Shown piece by piece: positions 1 through 9,735 of a stretch of 64,000 bases of DNA. How positions within the stretch are numbered: position 1 is the stretch's first letter; each line of letters opens with the position of its first letter. This stretch comes from Desulfobacterales bacterium (GTDB taxonomy: Bacteria; Desulfobacterota; Desulfobacteria; Desulfobacterales; UBA5616), in assembly GCA_046483495.1 (NCBI GenBank), contig JAWODC010000026.1, forward strand, positions 10,838 through 74,837. Direction: 5' to 3'. The notes below the pieces were generated by a model that saw nothing but the letters and a program-made list of their open reading frames with translations, was not told where the DNA came from and ran no database searches. A program made the position numbers and the translations under genes.

Positions 1-739
1 TTCATATTCCTGTGCTGACTCCTTTTCAAATGCTCTTTTTCGTTGAAGCCACCCGGCAATTACCCCCCAGGCCATGGCCCAGCCGGCCAGGACATCGGTG
101 GGCCAGTGGACGTCGAGGTAAACGCGGCTTATACCCACGGCGACCGTAACTAAAAGCGCCAGACTTATCACATAGGCTTTTTCGCGAATCCGCCTTAAAA
201 TCCGGGCGAGCAAAGCGCCCAGCGTGAGGTATGTCACCGCAGACATGGTTGAATGCCCACTCGGGAAGCTTGCCGTATAAACGTACGATCCATGAGAAAC
301 AAGGTCCGTCCTCGGCCGGTCAAAACCTGTTTTCATGAGATTGCTGAGCAGAAGCCCCCCGCCGACTGCAATGAGTATGAAAATCGCGGTACGGATTTTT
401 TTTTCAGCATCAAAAAACCGGCTGATGAAAGGGTAATAAACGTCAGTATCCCGAGCCCCCCCAACGCCGTGACATCTCTTCCCATTTCTTCGACCACTTG
501 GGACCGACCGGGTCCGACAGATCATCCGGGTTGCGCATGGCAATAATGAGCTTTTGGTCGAATACCCGGGTTTCTCCCTCGATCATTTTATCGGCCAATT
601 CGATAAAGATCCAGATGCCGGCCACGATAAAGATGACAATGATCAAAACCGCCGGCTCAAATGCGCGAAACCGCTTCCAAATGGATGAAATCCGACGGAT
701 TTTAGGGTGCGTTTCCGATTCTGAGTGCATACTTTTCAA
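1..739 (-). pseudogene. PAP2-family membrane phosphatase, frameshifted (runs off window start)
   Basis: Joining frames gives ...DPVGPKW/VEEMGRDVTALGGLGIL...LKKK/IRTAIFILIAVGGGLLLSNLMKTGFDRPR...SFPSGHSTMS...SRVYLDVHWPTDVLAGW; PAP2 motifs K-x-RP, PSGH, SRxxxxxHxxxD present; frame breaks near 494, at the T9 run 396-404 and near 60-70. Confidence 0.8.
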
Positions 740-974
740 TCATTTTTTCTGCAAAAGGTTTCTTTTTTTGTGGAGGACAACCCGAAACGGCACTGACGCA
801 AACCATAACTACTTGGAATTACATTTTAAATACGAATTATCCTGTATTTGTGAAGCTTTTTTCCTGCATTTTCCGACCGTCTGATGTTCGGCGGCCGAAC
901 ATTGCTTTTCTGATATTTCATCGATCTGATTTTAACCGATTCAAATGACTTATGGCCGTTTTCAGTGAATGGAA

Positions 975-1117
975 AGGTAGGGTTTTACCGTATTCCAAAC
1001 AGGAGGGATCGCTTGTTCAAAAAAACGCATTCGGTTGAAAAAATATAATAAAAACATATACATATAAAAAACTTGACAGGCAAAACAATAGAATGATAGG
1101 TAGGGTTTTCCCGTATT
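975..1117. promoter_or_regulatory. Two copies of a 20-bp motif AGGTAGGGTTTT(A/C)CCGTATT (975-994, 1098-1117), candidate TF binding sites
   Basis: 19/20 identical direct repeat in a divergent intergenic region, flanking a TTGACA at 1073-1078. Confidence 0.55.
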
Positions 1118-1152
1118 TGATCTCAGAAAACCATGTAGAAGGGATATAAACC

Positions 1153-2508
1153 ATGGCGGGCAAAACCAGAGCGAAATTTACGGTTATCGTGATGATCGTG
1201 GCGCTTGGCTGGATTTTTTCCTCTGCCGGATATTCGTTTGAGAAACCATCCCATTCTGACATGATTTCCGGAACCCAAAGGCTTCCGGACCCGTCGGATT
1301 TCGCCCAATCGACCATGCTGGTTCTGTTTACGGTCAAAAACGGAAAAATCGATAAATCCGTATATCCTGTTGCAGATCTTTTAAAGAGTCCTGAAATCAG
1401 TGTAGACGGTTATGTGGCGGGCATCGTCGCCCTCAGCGAAACCGAACTGACGGTATCATTGAACGGCAAACGGATGCGCAAAGTCAAACAAAGGAAAGAC
1501 GGTACGTTGTTCTTTGATTATTTCGGCAAATTGAATCCGACGGATATATTTGTTTTCGGTATGGCGGACAACAGGGATTTCGAACAGGAAACGATTAACC
1601 TCTACTTCGAAGATCATGATGTGCAGGGATATTCCTACTTCCCAAAAATCACCGGTGATGCGGTAAGTCCGGATGACCGATTCGATATCGACATCCTGAA
1701 AAACGGGAAGCGATTGGAATTGGCGGTTTATCAGAAGGGATACCGCAATCTGCCGACCAAAGGATTTCACCGGTTCAGGTATGTCGGGGACCTCGATGCG
1801 GTAATCGGTCCGCAGGATAGCGATGTTGTAAAGAGACTTGAAGCCATTAGCGACGGCATCGCCGAAGTGGAAAGGGCTTTCGAGGTGAACCTGGTCCGAA
1901 ATGTCAATATCGTCGACTGCAAGGGCATTCACAATGCATTAACGCGTGACGGATACGATGACATATGGTTTTTTGTGGAGACATTTCAACAGGAACCGAT
2001 CGCAGAATTGAAAACCATATCGACGCACGAGGTGCTGCACCTGCTTGTCCAACGATTCGATTTGACCCAGTCACCCGCTATCCGTGAAATTTTTGCCGAT
2101 CTGAAGCAGTTGGATGAATTGTCATTTGAGCGATTTTGTCTCATGACACGCGGTATTATGAAATATCCGACCTCTTCGAATGATGATCACGTATTTTTCT
2201 CATTCATTAACGAAAAAAATTATTTTGACGGCTGCAAGGGCGGGCATTCCCAGGACAATCTGGACGAGTTTTGCACCTCCTTTCTTCACACCCTCCTGTA
2301 TTCCGAACGAATACCGGAAAACCTGCACAGGCGGTGTATCGAGGCGGACCGGCCCGTCCGTGACCTGAGTTCCGGTGAAAAGGACGAAATTCTATCGTAT
2401 TATGAAAGAGTGATCGCGTCGCTCATCGAATCGGTCGGCGGCAAAAGTATGGATTTCGAGTCTTTTTTAGAGGCGAACCTGGCCTACATCGGCGATCTGC
2501 ACATGTAG
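1153..2508 (+). CDS. Exported/membrane-anchored hypothetical protein, putative zincin metallopeptidase
   Basis: 451-aa ORF, N-terminal hydrophobic segment, THEVLH (HExxH) and downstream NLDEF. Confidence 0.6.
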   Translation: MAGKTRAKFTVIVMIVALGWIFSSAGYSFEKPSHSDMISGTQRLPDPSDFAQSTMLVLFTVKNGKIDKSVYPVADLLKSPEISVDGYVAGIVALSETELTVSLNGKRMRKVKQRKDGTLFFDYFGKLNPTDIFVFGMADNRDFEQETINLYFEDHDVQGYSYFPKITGDAVSPDDRFDIDILKNGKRLELAVYQKGYRNLPTKGFHRFRYVGDLDAVIGPQDSDVVKRLEAISDGIAEVERAFEVNLVRNVNIVDCKGIHNALTRDGYDDIWFFVETFQQEPIAELKTISTHEVLHLLVQRFDLTQSPAIREIFADLKQLDELSFERFCLMTRGIMKYPTSSNDDHVFFSFINEKNYFDGCKGGHSQDNLDEFCTSFLHTLLYSERIPENLHRRCIEADRPVRDLSSGEKDEILSYYERVIASLIESVGGKSMDFESFLEANLAYIGDLHM

Positions 2509-2583
2509 GCCTACCCGATTGAGAGCTGAGAAGAATTGAATTGAATCTGTTACCTGTTCACGTTGTGCGGCACTTCTCAGCTC

Positions 2584-3204
2584 TCAATTTTTTTTTGCCG
2601 GCCCGGCACATAAATCCTCGCGCAAGGCGATCGAAAACTGTTCAATAAGTCCGCTCATGGCGTCGGCGAAAGTCGCCGGATCGCCTCTGTGACGGGTGGG
2701 GCTTTGATATCGGTAAGTTTCTTTAAACAGCACGTTATCTTTTCCCCTGTCGGTGATGACAACCACCACTTCCAAAACGGCTTTTGCTTTGGAATTTTCT
2801 TCAGCCCATGCAAATTGAAGAATTTTTCCGTTCATTTCAAGCGGAACGCTGACAAGATCTCCCGATGACGTCACCCTGCTGAAAAGCGGGTCGCGGCTGA
2901 AATCGTCGGCCAGTTTCTGGGCGATCATTTCTCCGGGCCTGCCGACCCATCGGTTTTTAAAAGAGAGTTGGACATCCCTTTGGGTCCCTAAGACAACCAT
3001 TTCGTTGCGGTTGTAGGGGATGTTCTCCGTAAATGAGCGTATTCTCAACCCCTTCTGAATGGATTCGGCACATCCTACTTCACGGTAAGGGTATTGAAGT
3101 TTGAAGTAGGTCGTTTCAACGGGTTGTCTAAACGGCAGCGAACATTGAACCGCAAAACCACAGAACACCAGCAGGATAATACGCCAAATGCCATTCATCA
3201 CCAC
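2584..3204 (-). CDS. ABC-type transport auxiliary lipoprotein (PqiC-like)
   Basis: Signal peptide ending in Cys, NRWVGRPGEMI segment, last gene of MlaE/F/D-type operon. Confidence 0.75.
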   Translation of the reverse strand: MVMNGIWRIILLVFCGFAVQCSLPFRQPVETTYFKLQYPYREVGCAESIQKGLRIRSFTENIPYNRNEMVVLGTQRDVQLSFKNRWVGRPGEMIAQKLADDFSRDPLFSRVTSSGDLVSVPLEMNGKILQFAWAEENSKAKAVLEVVVVITDRGKDNVLFKETYRYQSPTRHRGDPATFADAMSGLIEQFSIALREDLCAGPAKKN

Positions 3205-4103
3205 TACCTTTCATCAAAAGGATCCTCCTGTTTGGAAGGCACCAGGAGGCGACTGGGTTGTTGTTGAATGCTTTCGACAAGTGTATTCAACTGAACCACC
3301 AACCGATTTAACTGTTCGAGGGTCTGAGCCATGAGAACGGAAGATTCGCCAAGCTGCTGATCCAGGGTCATAAACAGATCCTGGGCCAGGGCGGCGGTTT
3401 TATTGATACGGGCCTGAAGATTCGGAAGCGCTTTCGGCGGCAGTCCTGCAAATTGCGTTTCCAGGACAGCGGCGATATCCCGGGTGGATTCCAAAAGGGC
3501 CTTTAAGTTTTTCAGGCTTTTCTCCACGTCTTTTTCGCCGATCAGATCGGTAACCCGGTCCATCAGCCTTGTCGATGATTGCGCCGCTTTTGTGAAAGCC
3601 GCCATGGATTCCCCGAATTCCAAATCCATGACTTTCCCGTAAAGCACTTCCAGCGCGGTTTTGAGTTGCTCGAGTTCCGAGGGAATGGCTGGAATGACGG
3701 GGTACTCCGGTGAAAACGTAAGTTCCGGCGTCAATTCATCGATATTTTTGGGCGCCGAGTCTATTTCAAGGTACTGCAGACCGGTTAATCCCTGCTGCCG
3801 TACCTGGACCACCATAAAATCCGCCACATCGAAATCGGTCCGCAGTCCCATGCGTATTTCGATCAGACGGCCGTCCGGCGCCAGACGGATGGATTCCACC
3901 CGTCCCACTGAAATGCCGCGGTAATTGATTACGGCATCCTCCTGCAAGCCTTTGACCGATTCATCGAGATAGGTTGCGTAGGTCTTCGTGTCCTCGAAGA
4001 AATAGGCAAGCCCCAACCAGATCAGAACACCCGTGATCAAGGCGAGACAGATGATGACGAATACTCCGATTTTAAAGTGACTGACTTCTCGGCTCACGTG
4101 CAA
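3204..4103 (-). CDS. mlaD: MlaD/MCE-family substrate-binding protein
   Basis: TM anchor, ESVKGL...INYRGISVGRV, QGLTGLQYLEI, helical tail. Confidence 0.85.
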   Translation of the reverse strand: MHVSREVSHFKIGVFVIICLALITGVLIWLGLAYFFEDTKTYATYLDESVKGLQEDAVINYRGISVGRVESIRLAPDGRLIEIRMGLRTDFDVADFMVVQVRQQGLTGLQYLEIDSAPKNIDELTPELTFSPEYPVIPAIPSELEQLKTALEVLYGKVMDLEFGESMAAFTKAAQSSTRLMDRVTDLIGEKDVEKSLKNLKALLESTRDIAAVLETQFAGLPPKALPNLQARINKTAALAQDLFMTLDQQLGESSVLMAQTLEQLNRLVVQLNTLVESIQQQPSRLLVPSKQEDPFDER

Positions 4104-4108
4104 ATCCT

Positions 4109-4909
4109 TTATTCGATTTGATCCACCGGTTTCCTTCGGAAAAAGGCCTGTACCCGGGGGGATCTGTTTTCCGATTTCAGGCGTTCAGGCGTATCGATCG
4201 CGACAATGCCTTTCTGTTCCATATCCAACATAATGGACCGGTGACTGATGGCTTCGATGCTGCCCAATTCGTGGGTGACCACAACCATGGTAATCCCCAG
4301 GGTCCGGTTGAATTCAATGAGCAGCCGGTCGATTTCTGATCCGGTTACCGGGTCGAGTCCCGCGGTCGGTTCATCGCAAAAGAGGACTTCCGGATCCAAC
4401 GCCATTGCCCGGGCGAGCCCCGCTCTTTTCTGCATGCCTCCGCTCAAATCCGCAGGCATGTAATCGCCGTAGGATTCGAGGTGGACCAGTTGCAGTTTAA
4501 GCCGCACAATTTCCTTGACCAGATCTTCCGGAAGAGCACCGTATTCCCTCAGGGGCAGGGCGATGTTTTCGTTAAGATTAAAGGATCCAAGAAGTGCGCC
4601 GGACTGAAAGAGAACCCCGATGGAACGCTTTCGCTCATGAATGCCGAAAGATTTATCACCGGTAATATCTTCACCATGTAAGAAAATCTTTCCTTTCATT
4701 GGAGCCAGCAAACCGATCATGCCTTTCAGCAGAGTGCTTTTCCCGGAACCGCTGCTTCCCAAAATCGTGACGATTTCTCCTGCATAAACGCTGAAATTGA
4801 TGTTTTCCAGAATGGCTGTAGTGTTATAGCCCAATGAAAGATCCTCTACACGGATGATTTCCCGATCGCTGTCTGTTTTACCGAATGCCATTTGATTTCC
4901 GGCTACCAC
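4109..4909 (-). CDS. mlaF: MlaF-type ABC ATPase
   Basis: GSSGSGKS Walker A, LSGGMQKR signature, DEPTAGLDP. Confidence 0.9.
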   Translation of the reverse strand: MVAGNQMAFGKTDSDREIIRVEDLSLGYNTTAILENINFSVYAGEIVTILGSSGSGKSTLLKGMIGLLAPMKGKIFLHGEDITGDKSFGIHERKRSIGVLFQSGALLGSFNLNENIALPLREYGALPEDLVKEIVRLKLQLVHLESYGDYMPADLSGGMQKRAGLARAMALDPEVLFCDEPTAGLDPVTGSEIDRLLIEFNRTLGITMVVVTHELGSIEAISHRSIMLDMEQKGIVAIDTPERLKSENRSPRVQAFFRRKPVDQIE

Positions 4910-6060
4910 GATAATCCATAGAATAGTGCTGTGAATACGGCATCAGCCGCGATAATCAAAAAAATGCCGCTGACGACCGCAGATGTCGTTTGGCGGCCGA
5001 CGCTCTGGGCTCCTTTCCCCGTTTGCAGCCCCCTGAAACAGCCGATCGACGAAACCAGTACGGCGAATACGAAACTTTTGAGCAAACCGGTGAGAACATC
5101 TCCCATGGTAAGCGCCAGGCGGACTTCGTTCAAAAATGCGGCCGCGGTAAGATCCAGGCTCGTCATGCCGACCACCACACCGCCGATTACGGCGGACGCA
5201 TTGCCAAAAATCGTGAGCAGCGGTCCGGCCAGTGCTAATGCGGCCACTTTCGGAAGTACGAGAAATTCCTGCACACCAATGCCCATGACGGTTATCGCGT
5301 CCACCTCTTCGTTCACTTTCATGGTCCCGATTTCTGCGGCATACGCCGAGCCGGAGCGGCCTGCAAGAATGACGGCGGTAAATACCGGCCCCAGTTCACG
5401 GAAAACGGAAATGCTGACAAGATCGGCGACATAGATATTGGCCCCGAACTGCCGAAGCTGAACGGCCGCCTGAAATGCCAGGACCAGTCCGATGAGAAAA
5501 CTCAACAAAAAGACGATCGGCAGTGCCTCGTAGCCGGACGACTGCAGGTAGTACATTGTCTCCTTCCACCGCATCCTGCCCTGGCCTTTGACTATTTCAA
5601 AGCAGGTATCCGCCATGTTTTTGATAAATGAAAAGAGGCCCAGCGTTCTTTCGGCTTCCCGTTCAACCATCTTTCCCAGCTGCGAAACCGGGTTCGGTTT
5701 GCGGGTGGGCGGCGTTTCCGGAAATGCGGATTCCATCTCGACATACCGGAAAAAATTACGGACTCTCGCCGGAGCGGAGTTTAAGTCCATTTCCATTCCC
5801 CGCTCCCGGCAGTATCGCCGAATCATCCGTAAAAGTGCGATTCCGGAACTGTCGAAGGCTTCCACCTGTACAAAATCGAGTACAATTCGATTTCCCGGAT
5901 GCGTGGACAAAAACCGATCCACTTCGGCCCAGATGGACTGTATATGATCGAAATCGACCCTCTCAGGAAAAATATACCGCGATTTCTCCCGCATTTCAGT
6001 GCCGGATCGATGTTCACCGTTTGCAGCGATCAAAAAGCCTCCTGAAAGAAGATGATTCAT
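4903..6060 (-). CDS. mlaE: MlaE-family permease with N-terminal STAS domain
   Basis: STAS motif LDF..VEAFDSSGIALL; RELGPV..GRSGSAYAAEIGTMKVNEEVDA. Confidence 0.9.
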   Translation of the reverse strand: MNHLLSGGFLIAANGEHRSGTEMREKSRYIFPERVDFDHIQSIWAEVDRFLSTHPGNRIVLDFVQVEAFDSSGIALLRMIRRYCRERGMEMDLNSAPARVRNFFRYVEMESAFPETPPTRKPNPVSQLGKMVEREAERTLGLFSFIKNMADTCFEIVKGQGRMRWKETMYYLQSSGYEALPIVFLLSFLIGLVLAFQAAVQLRQFGANIYVADLVSISVFRELGPVFTAVILAGRSGSAYAAEIGTMKVNEEVDAITVMGIGVQEFLVLPKVAALALAGPLLTIFGNASAVIGGVVVGMTSLDLTAAAFLNEVRLALTMGDVLTGLLKSFVFAVLVSSIGCFRGLQTGKGAQSVGRQTTSAVVSGIFLIIAADAVFTALFYGLSW

Positions 6061-6495
6061 GGAGATAGTAGTCTACTGATATAAACAGATGTGAGAAAAT
6101 AACGGTATTCCTGTATTTTTCACTGATAAACAGGTAACTTTCTCCTCTAAAAAGGCTGATTCAGACCGGATCGGCAATCGAAGCGGTAAGGCAAACGCCG
6201 AAATGCAACGTTGTTCCCCAAAAAAAAATGGGTTTGGATTGAAAATGGTTCCGAATGCCTTCATTTCGATCATCGCAACCGGCCGGGTAAGAAAATAAGG
6301 CTATTGCCGCAATCCAAGTTCAGCCAATACAGGTTTTGCCCTATAGGCTTTGCCCGCTTGTGCGATATAGTTCTTATAGGTATGCAATGTTTATTAAACC
6401 TACGTAAAGAATTTGTCAAATGTGTAAACCGGTCCGCACGTATAGAATGCGCATGCGATCCGGTATACCGCCTTTGGGAAAGGAGGTGATGTGTG

Positions 6496-6669
6496 ATGTG
6501 TTACAACTGCGGATGCGGCAGCGCTACGGATGACCATGGAAAAGGCCATATGGGAGTAGACCCCGACGGCAAGGCTATCACCGAAAAATCCTTCGAAGCC
6601 GCCGGCAAGGCGTTTGGCATGGATACGGAACGCTCCAAAAAGAATACGCACGACCTGCTGAAGAAATGA
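6496..6669 (+). CDS. 57-aa small protein with N-terminal CxxCxC and His residues (not in ORF track)
   Basis: Strong SD AGGAGGTG at 6481-6488; MCYNCGCGSATDDHGKGHMGVDPDGKAITEKSFEAAGKAFGMDTERSKKNTHDLLKK*; hairpin immediately downstream. Confidence 0.8.
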   Translation: MCYNCGCGSATDDHGKGHMGVDPDGKAITEKSFEAAGKAFGMDTERSKKNTHDLLKK

Positions 6670-6686
6670 GGGCTGCATTTCGAACC

Positions 6687-6715
6687 GGCACGGAGGGTTT
6701 CGTGCTCTCCGTGCC
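6687..6715 (+). terminator. Stem-loop after small ORF, possible terminator
   Basis: GGCACGGAGGG pairs with CTCTCCGTGCC; no clear U-tract. Confidence 0.45.
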
Positions 6716-7026
6716 CCGTGGTGATCAAACGATTAGGGTTACAGGATGGACCCCATTTACGAATAAAGATAAGATGATAAATTGCAAAGTATAAGACCTT
6801 CGAAAGGTTCGGCAAAGAATGCTGCTGTTTTCCCCTGAAAGGGGGGAAGGAAAAAATGTGTCGGCGTATTGCTTTAAGGAAGATAAAGAAAAGGCTTTAG
6901 GCACCGCCCAATGCGGCAGAAGCAAAGCCGGGTTCTGCCGGAACATGCATAGGTTTTCCTTCCCCCCTGGCGGGGGAAAAAGCTTTCACCTCTGCTGAAG
7001 TAAATTTGAACGAGGGGTGATATCAT

Positions 7027-7797
7027 ATGCCTGAAGAAGAAAATGGTATAGAAACGCTCGAGCGCGGAAACATCTATTTCATGTACCGTCCCAAAGTAGA
7101 AGAAGAAGATCCCCAGAACGTTTCGGACATTCAACGGATGTATATGATTCTAAGTCCGGAAGGGGAAGATCTTTTTCGGCTGGCGATTATCGGCCGCAAG
7201 CGTCTGCCCGACCCCGGTGAAAAAGGAAAAGCCCGGAACTGGGGTTTTGTGGACATGGTCCGCAATTCTCCGAAATCCATCCGAAATGCGCTGAGGGGAG
7301 AATCATATTCGACGAAAACCCGTGGTGAACGTCACACACCTGCCGCGCGTCCGTTGGGAGAGGGGGTTTACCGCATTCTTCGGCACAGCGGCCATACGCA
7401 CCTGGTGTATGCCCTGGAGCTGCCCAAACAGCCGGGCGAAGCGCAGGAGGAGGTCCGGATCGAGGAAGAGGCCGGTTACGTCATAACCGTCAAAAACCCT
7501 GAAGTCGGTTCTCCGGTGTCTGCAGGTCTTTCGGAAGAGCGAAAAGCGGAGTATCCCAATTACCTGCAGGAGAAATTCCGCGGCAGAAGATTCGCCGATG
7601 CGGACCCGCCCGCGTTTTTGGATAAAGAAGGAACCGAATTTCTGCTGGTTTCAGCTGAAGAGGATGTCGAAGAGGAATTGGGCCTTGAATTGCACCCTCA
7701 GAAAGAGAGTGTAAATACAGCGGATATTTTTAACGAGCTTCGCCTGGACAAAAAGAGCCGTCCGGTAAAGCCGCTGTTCGAAGGGGAATGGGACTGA
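7027..7797 (+). CDS. Conserved acidic hypothetical protein
   Basis: 256-aa ORF with SD GAGGGGTG, first gene of a tight 4-gene run; LERGNIYFMYRPKV and THLVYALELP motifs. Confidence 0.8.
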   Translation: MPEEENGIETLERGNIYFMYRPKVEEEDPQNVSDIQRMYMILSPEGEDLFRLAIIGRKRLPDPGEKGKARNWGFVDMVRNSPKSIRNALRGESYSTKTRGERHTPAARPLGEGVYRILRHSGHTHLVYALELPKQPGEAQEEVRIEEEAGYVITVKNPEVGSPVSAGLSEERKAEYPNYLQEKFRGRRFADADPPAFLDKEGTEFLLVSAEEDVEEELGLELHPQKESVNTADIFNELRLDKKSRPVKPLFEGEWD

Positions 7798-7800
7798 CCC

Positions 7801-8622
7801 GTGTCGGGTAAAAGGAACACTGATATGTTCGAACCGGTTGCCGGGCATCCGGCTGAGAGTGCATTGAAAGAGGAAATTGCGACGCTTGCCCCGTGGTTTC
7901 ACAATCTTCACCTTCCTGACGGGACGCAAACGGCCCCGGATCACCGGCTGGGCGATTTTCCGGCGTTTAAGTGGGCCGAAATCGAACGCCATATTCCCCG
8001 GGACCTTACCGGCTGGTCCGTACTGGATATCGGATGCAATGCCGGATTCTATTCTTTCAAGCTGGCTTCCCGCGGTGCTGAAGTATTGGGAATAGACGCG
8101 AACCCGCATTACCTCAGGCAGGCACGATGGGCGTCGGATAAATTGGACCCCGACGGCCGGATTCAATTTGAAAAAATGCAGGTATACGAACTTGCCGGCC
8201 GCCGTGATGCATTCGATCTGGTGCTGTTTCTGGGAGTTTTTTATCATCTTCGGTATCCGCTTCTGGCATTGGACATCGTTTCGAGAAAGGTAAAGCGCCT
8301 GCTGGTTTTTCAGTCATTAACACTGCAGGGTGATGACGTCGATCCGGCACGCGCGGATTATGACCTCGATGATCGGGATGAATTGCTTCAGCCGGGATGG
8401 CCGAAAATGTCTTTTATCGAAAACCGCTTTGCCCGGGACCCCACCAATTGGTGGGTACCGAATCATGCCTGCATCAAGGCGCTCCTTCGCGCAAGCGGTT
8501 TTACCGTTTTCAACCGGCCGGGAAAAGAAATATACATAAGCCGGCCGGCGCCGCCGCCGGGGCCCTACGAAGCATTGTGGATCGAGGAGTATATGGCCGT
8601 TGTCGGGGAAAGGGCCGTCTAA
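7801..8622 (+). CDS. SAM-dependent methyltransferase, TIGR04290-like
   Basis: PWFHNLHLPDGTQTAPDHRLGDFP, VLDIGCNAGFYS, GVFYHLRYPLLALD, DPTNWWVPN. Confidence 0.85.
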   Translation: MSGKRNTDMFEPVAGHPAESALKEEIATLAPWFHNLHLPDGTQTAPDHRLGDFPAFKWAEIERHIPRDLTGWSVLDIGCNAGFYSFKLASRGAEVLGIDANPHYLRQARWASDKLDPDGRIQFEKMQVYELAGRRDAFDLVLFLGVFYHLRYPLLALDIVSRKVKRLLVFQSLTLQGDDVDPARADYDLDDRDELLQPGWPKMSFIENRFARDPTNWWVPNHACIKALLRASGFTVFNRPGKEIYISRPAPPPGPYEALWIEEYMAVVGERAV

Positions 8623-8643
8623 ATTCCGCTCCGGTAAAATTGC

Positions 8644-9735
8644 ATGACTGACCTTTTGCAAGCGCAAAACATTCTCGTCTGCCTCAGGTGGGGCATCGGC
8701 GATATGGTGATGGAAATGCCGGCATTGGATGCGCTGCGCAATCGGCTGCCGAAGGCCGGAATCACCGGAATCGGCGCTTTTCCTGCAACGGAGCTGATGG
8801 AAGGCGACGTTCGACTGGATGCTTGCCGCACTTACCAGGAGTTTGGCATCGGTCATTGGGGGGATGAAGGATCCGCTGCAAAAAGAGAAGGTTTCGGAAA
8901 CTGGCTGCGCCGCATGCGGTTCGATGCCGTTTTGGATCCTTCGCATGCGCCTTTAGCTATCGGTCGTGCTGTTTGGGAGAATAAGGGAAGAATTTTCGAT
9001 GCCGGCCAGGCCTGGCCCGATCCGGTGCTGCAGGGCGGCGGAAGCTGCATCGAATCGGTAAATTTCGCGGTGCGCCGGGGATGGGGCATTCCGGTGCCGG
9101 GAAACCCGAATCCCAAAATCCGGTTGGCCCATGAATGGGAAAGGCGGGCAAACGATTTTTTTGAAAAGCATTTTCCCGACGGGGATATGGTGGTGGCCTT
9201 ATCGCCGGTCGCGTCGTCTTTTCTGAAGACGTGGCCGATCGATAATTATCGGCGGCTTTGCCATTATCTGGGGGAAAACGGCGTGAACCGGCTCGTTTTC
9301 TGCGGTCCTTCCGGACCGCACCCGAATGATTTTCTGATTGAAAATGCCGGTAATGGGAAGATCGCGTTTGTGAAAGACGTCCATCTGTTGTATACGGCTT
9401 CCCTTCTGGGCGGATGCCGTCTTCTCGTCTGCAACGATACGGGACTTATGCACGTGTCGGCTGCAGTCGGAACACCGGTGGTCGGGATTTTCGGCCCCAC
9501 CGATCCTCGCGTGTACCTGCCGCGTGATCCGCCTTCTTCTGCCGTAGCGCCGCCGGAGACGGAATGCCGGTTTCGCCGTACCTGCACGATCGGCCCTGCA
9601 CCATGCGTGCTGCACCAGCGGTGTCTTGCCGGTCACAAGCCCTGTATCGCCGGCATTCCGCTCGAGGATGTTATTGCCGCCGTCGAAACATTCACCGGCG
9701 CGGTTTTGCCGCCACCTGAAAGGCATATTCCATGA
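8644..9735 (+). CDS. Glycosyltransferase family 9 (heptosyltransferase-like)
   Basis: GIGD motif, K(T)WP, CNDTGLMHVSAAVGTPVVGIFGPT. Confidence 0.88.
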   Translation: MTDLLQAQNILVCLRWGIGDMVMEMPALDALRNRLPKAGITGIGAFPATELMEGDVRLDACRTYQEFGIGHWGDEGSAAKREGFGNWLRRMRFDAVLDPSHAPLAIGRAVWENKGRIFDAGQAWPDPVLQGGGSCIESVNFAVRRGWGIPVPGNPNPKIRLAHEWERRANDFFEKHFPDGDMVVALSPVASSFLKTWPIDNYRRLCHYLGENGVNRLVFCGPSGPHPNDFLIENAGNGKIAFVKDVHLLYTASLLGGCRLLVCNDTGLMHVSAAVGTPVVGIFGPTDPRVYLPRDPPSSAVAPPETECRFRRTCTIGPAPCVLHQRCLAGHKPCIAGIPLEDVIAAVETFTGAVLPPPERHIP

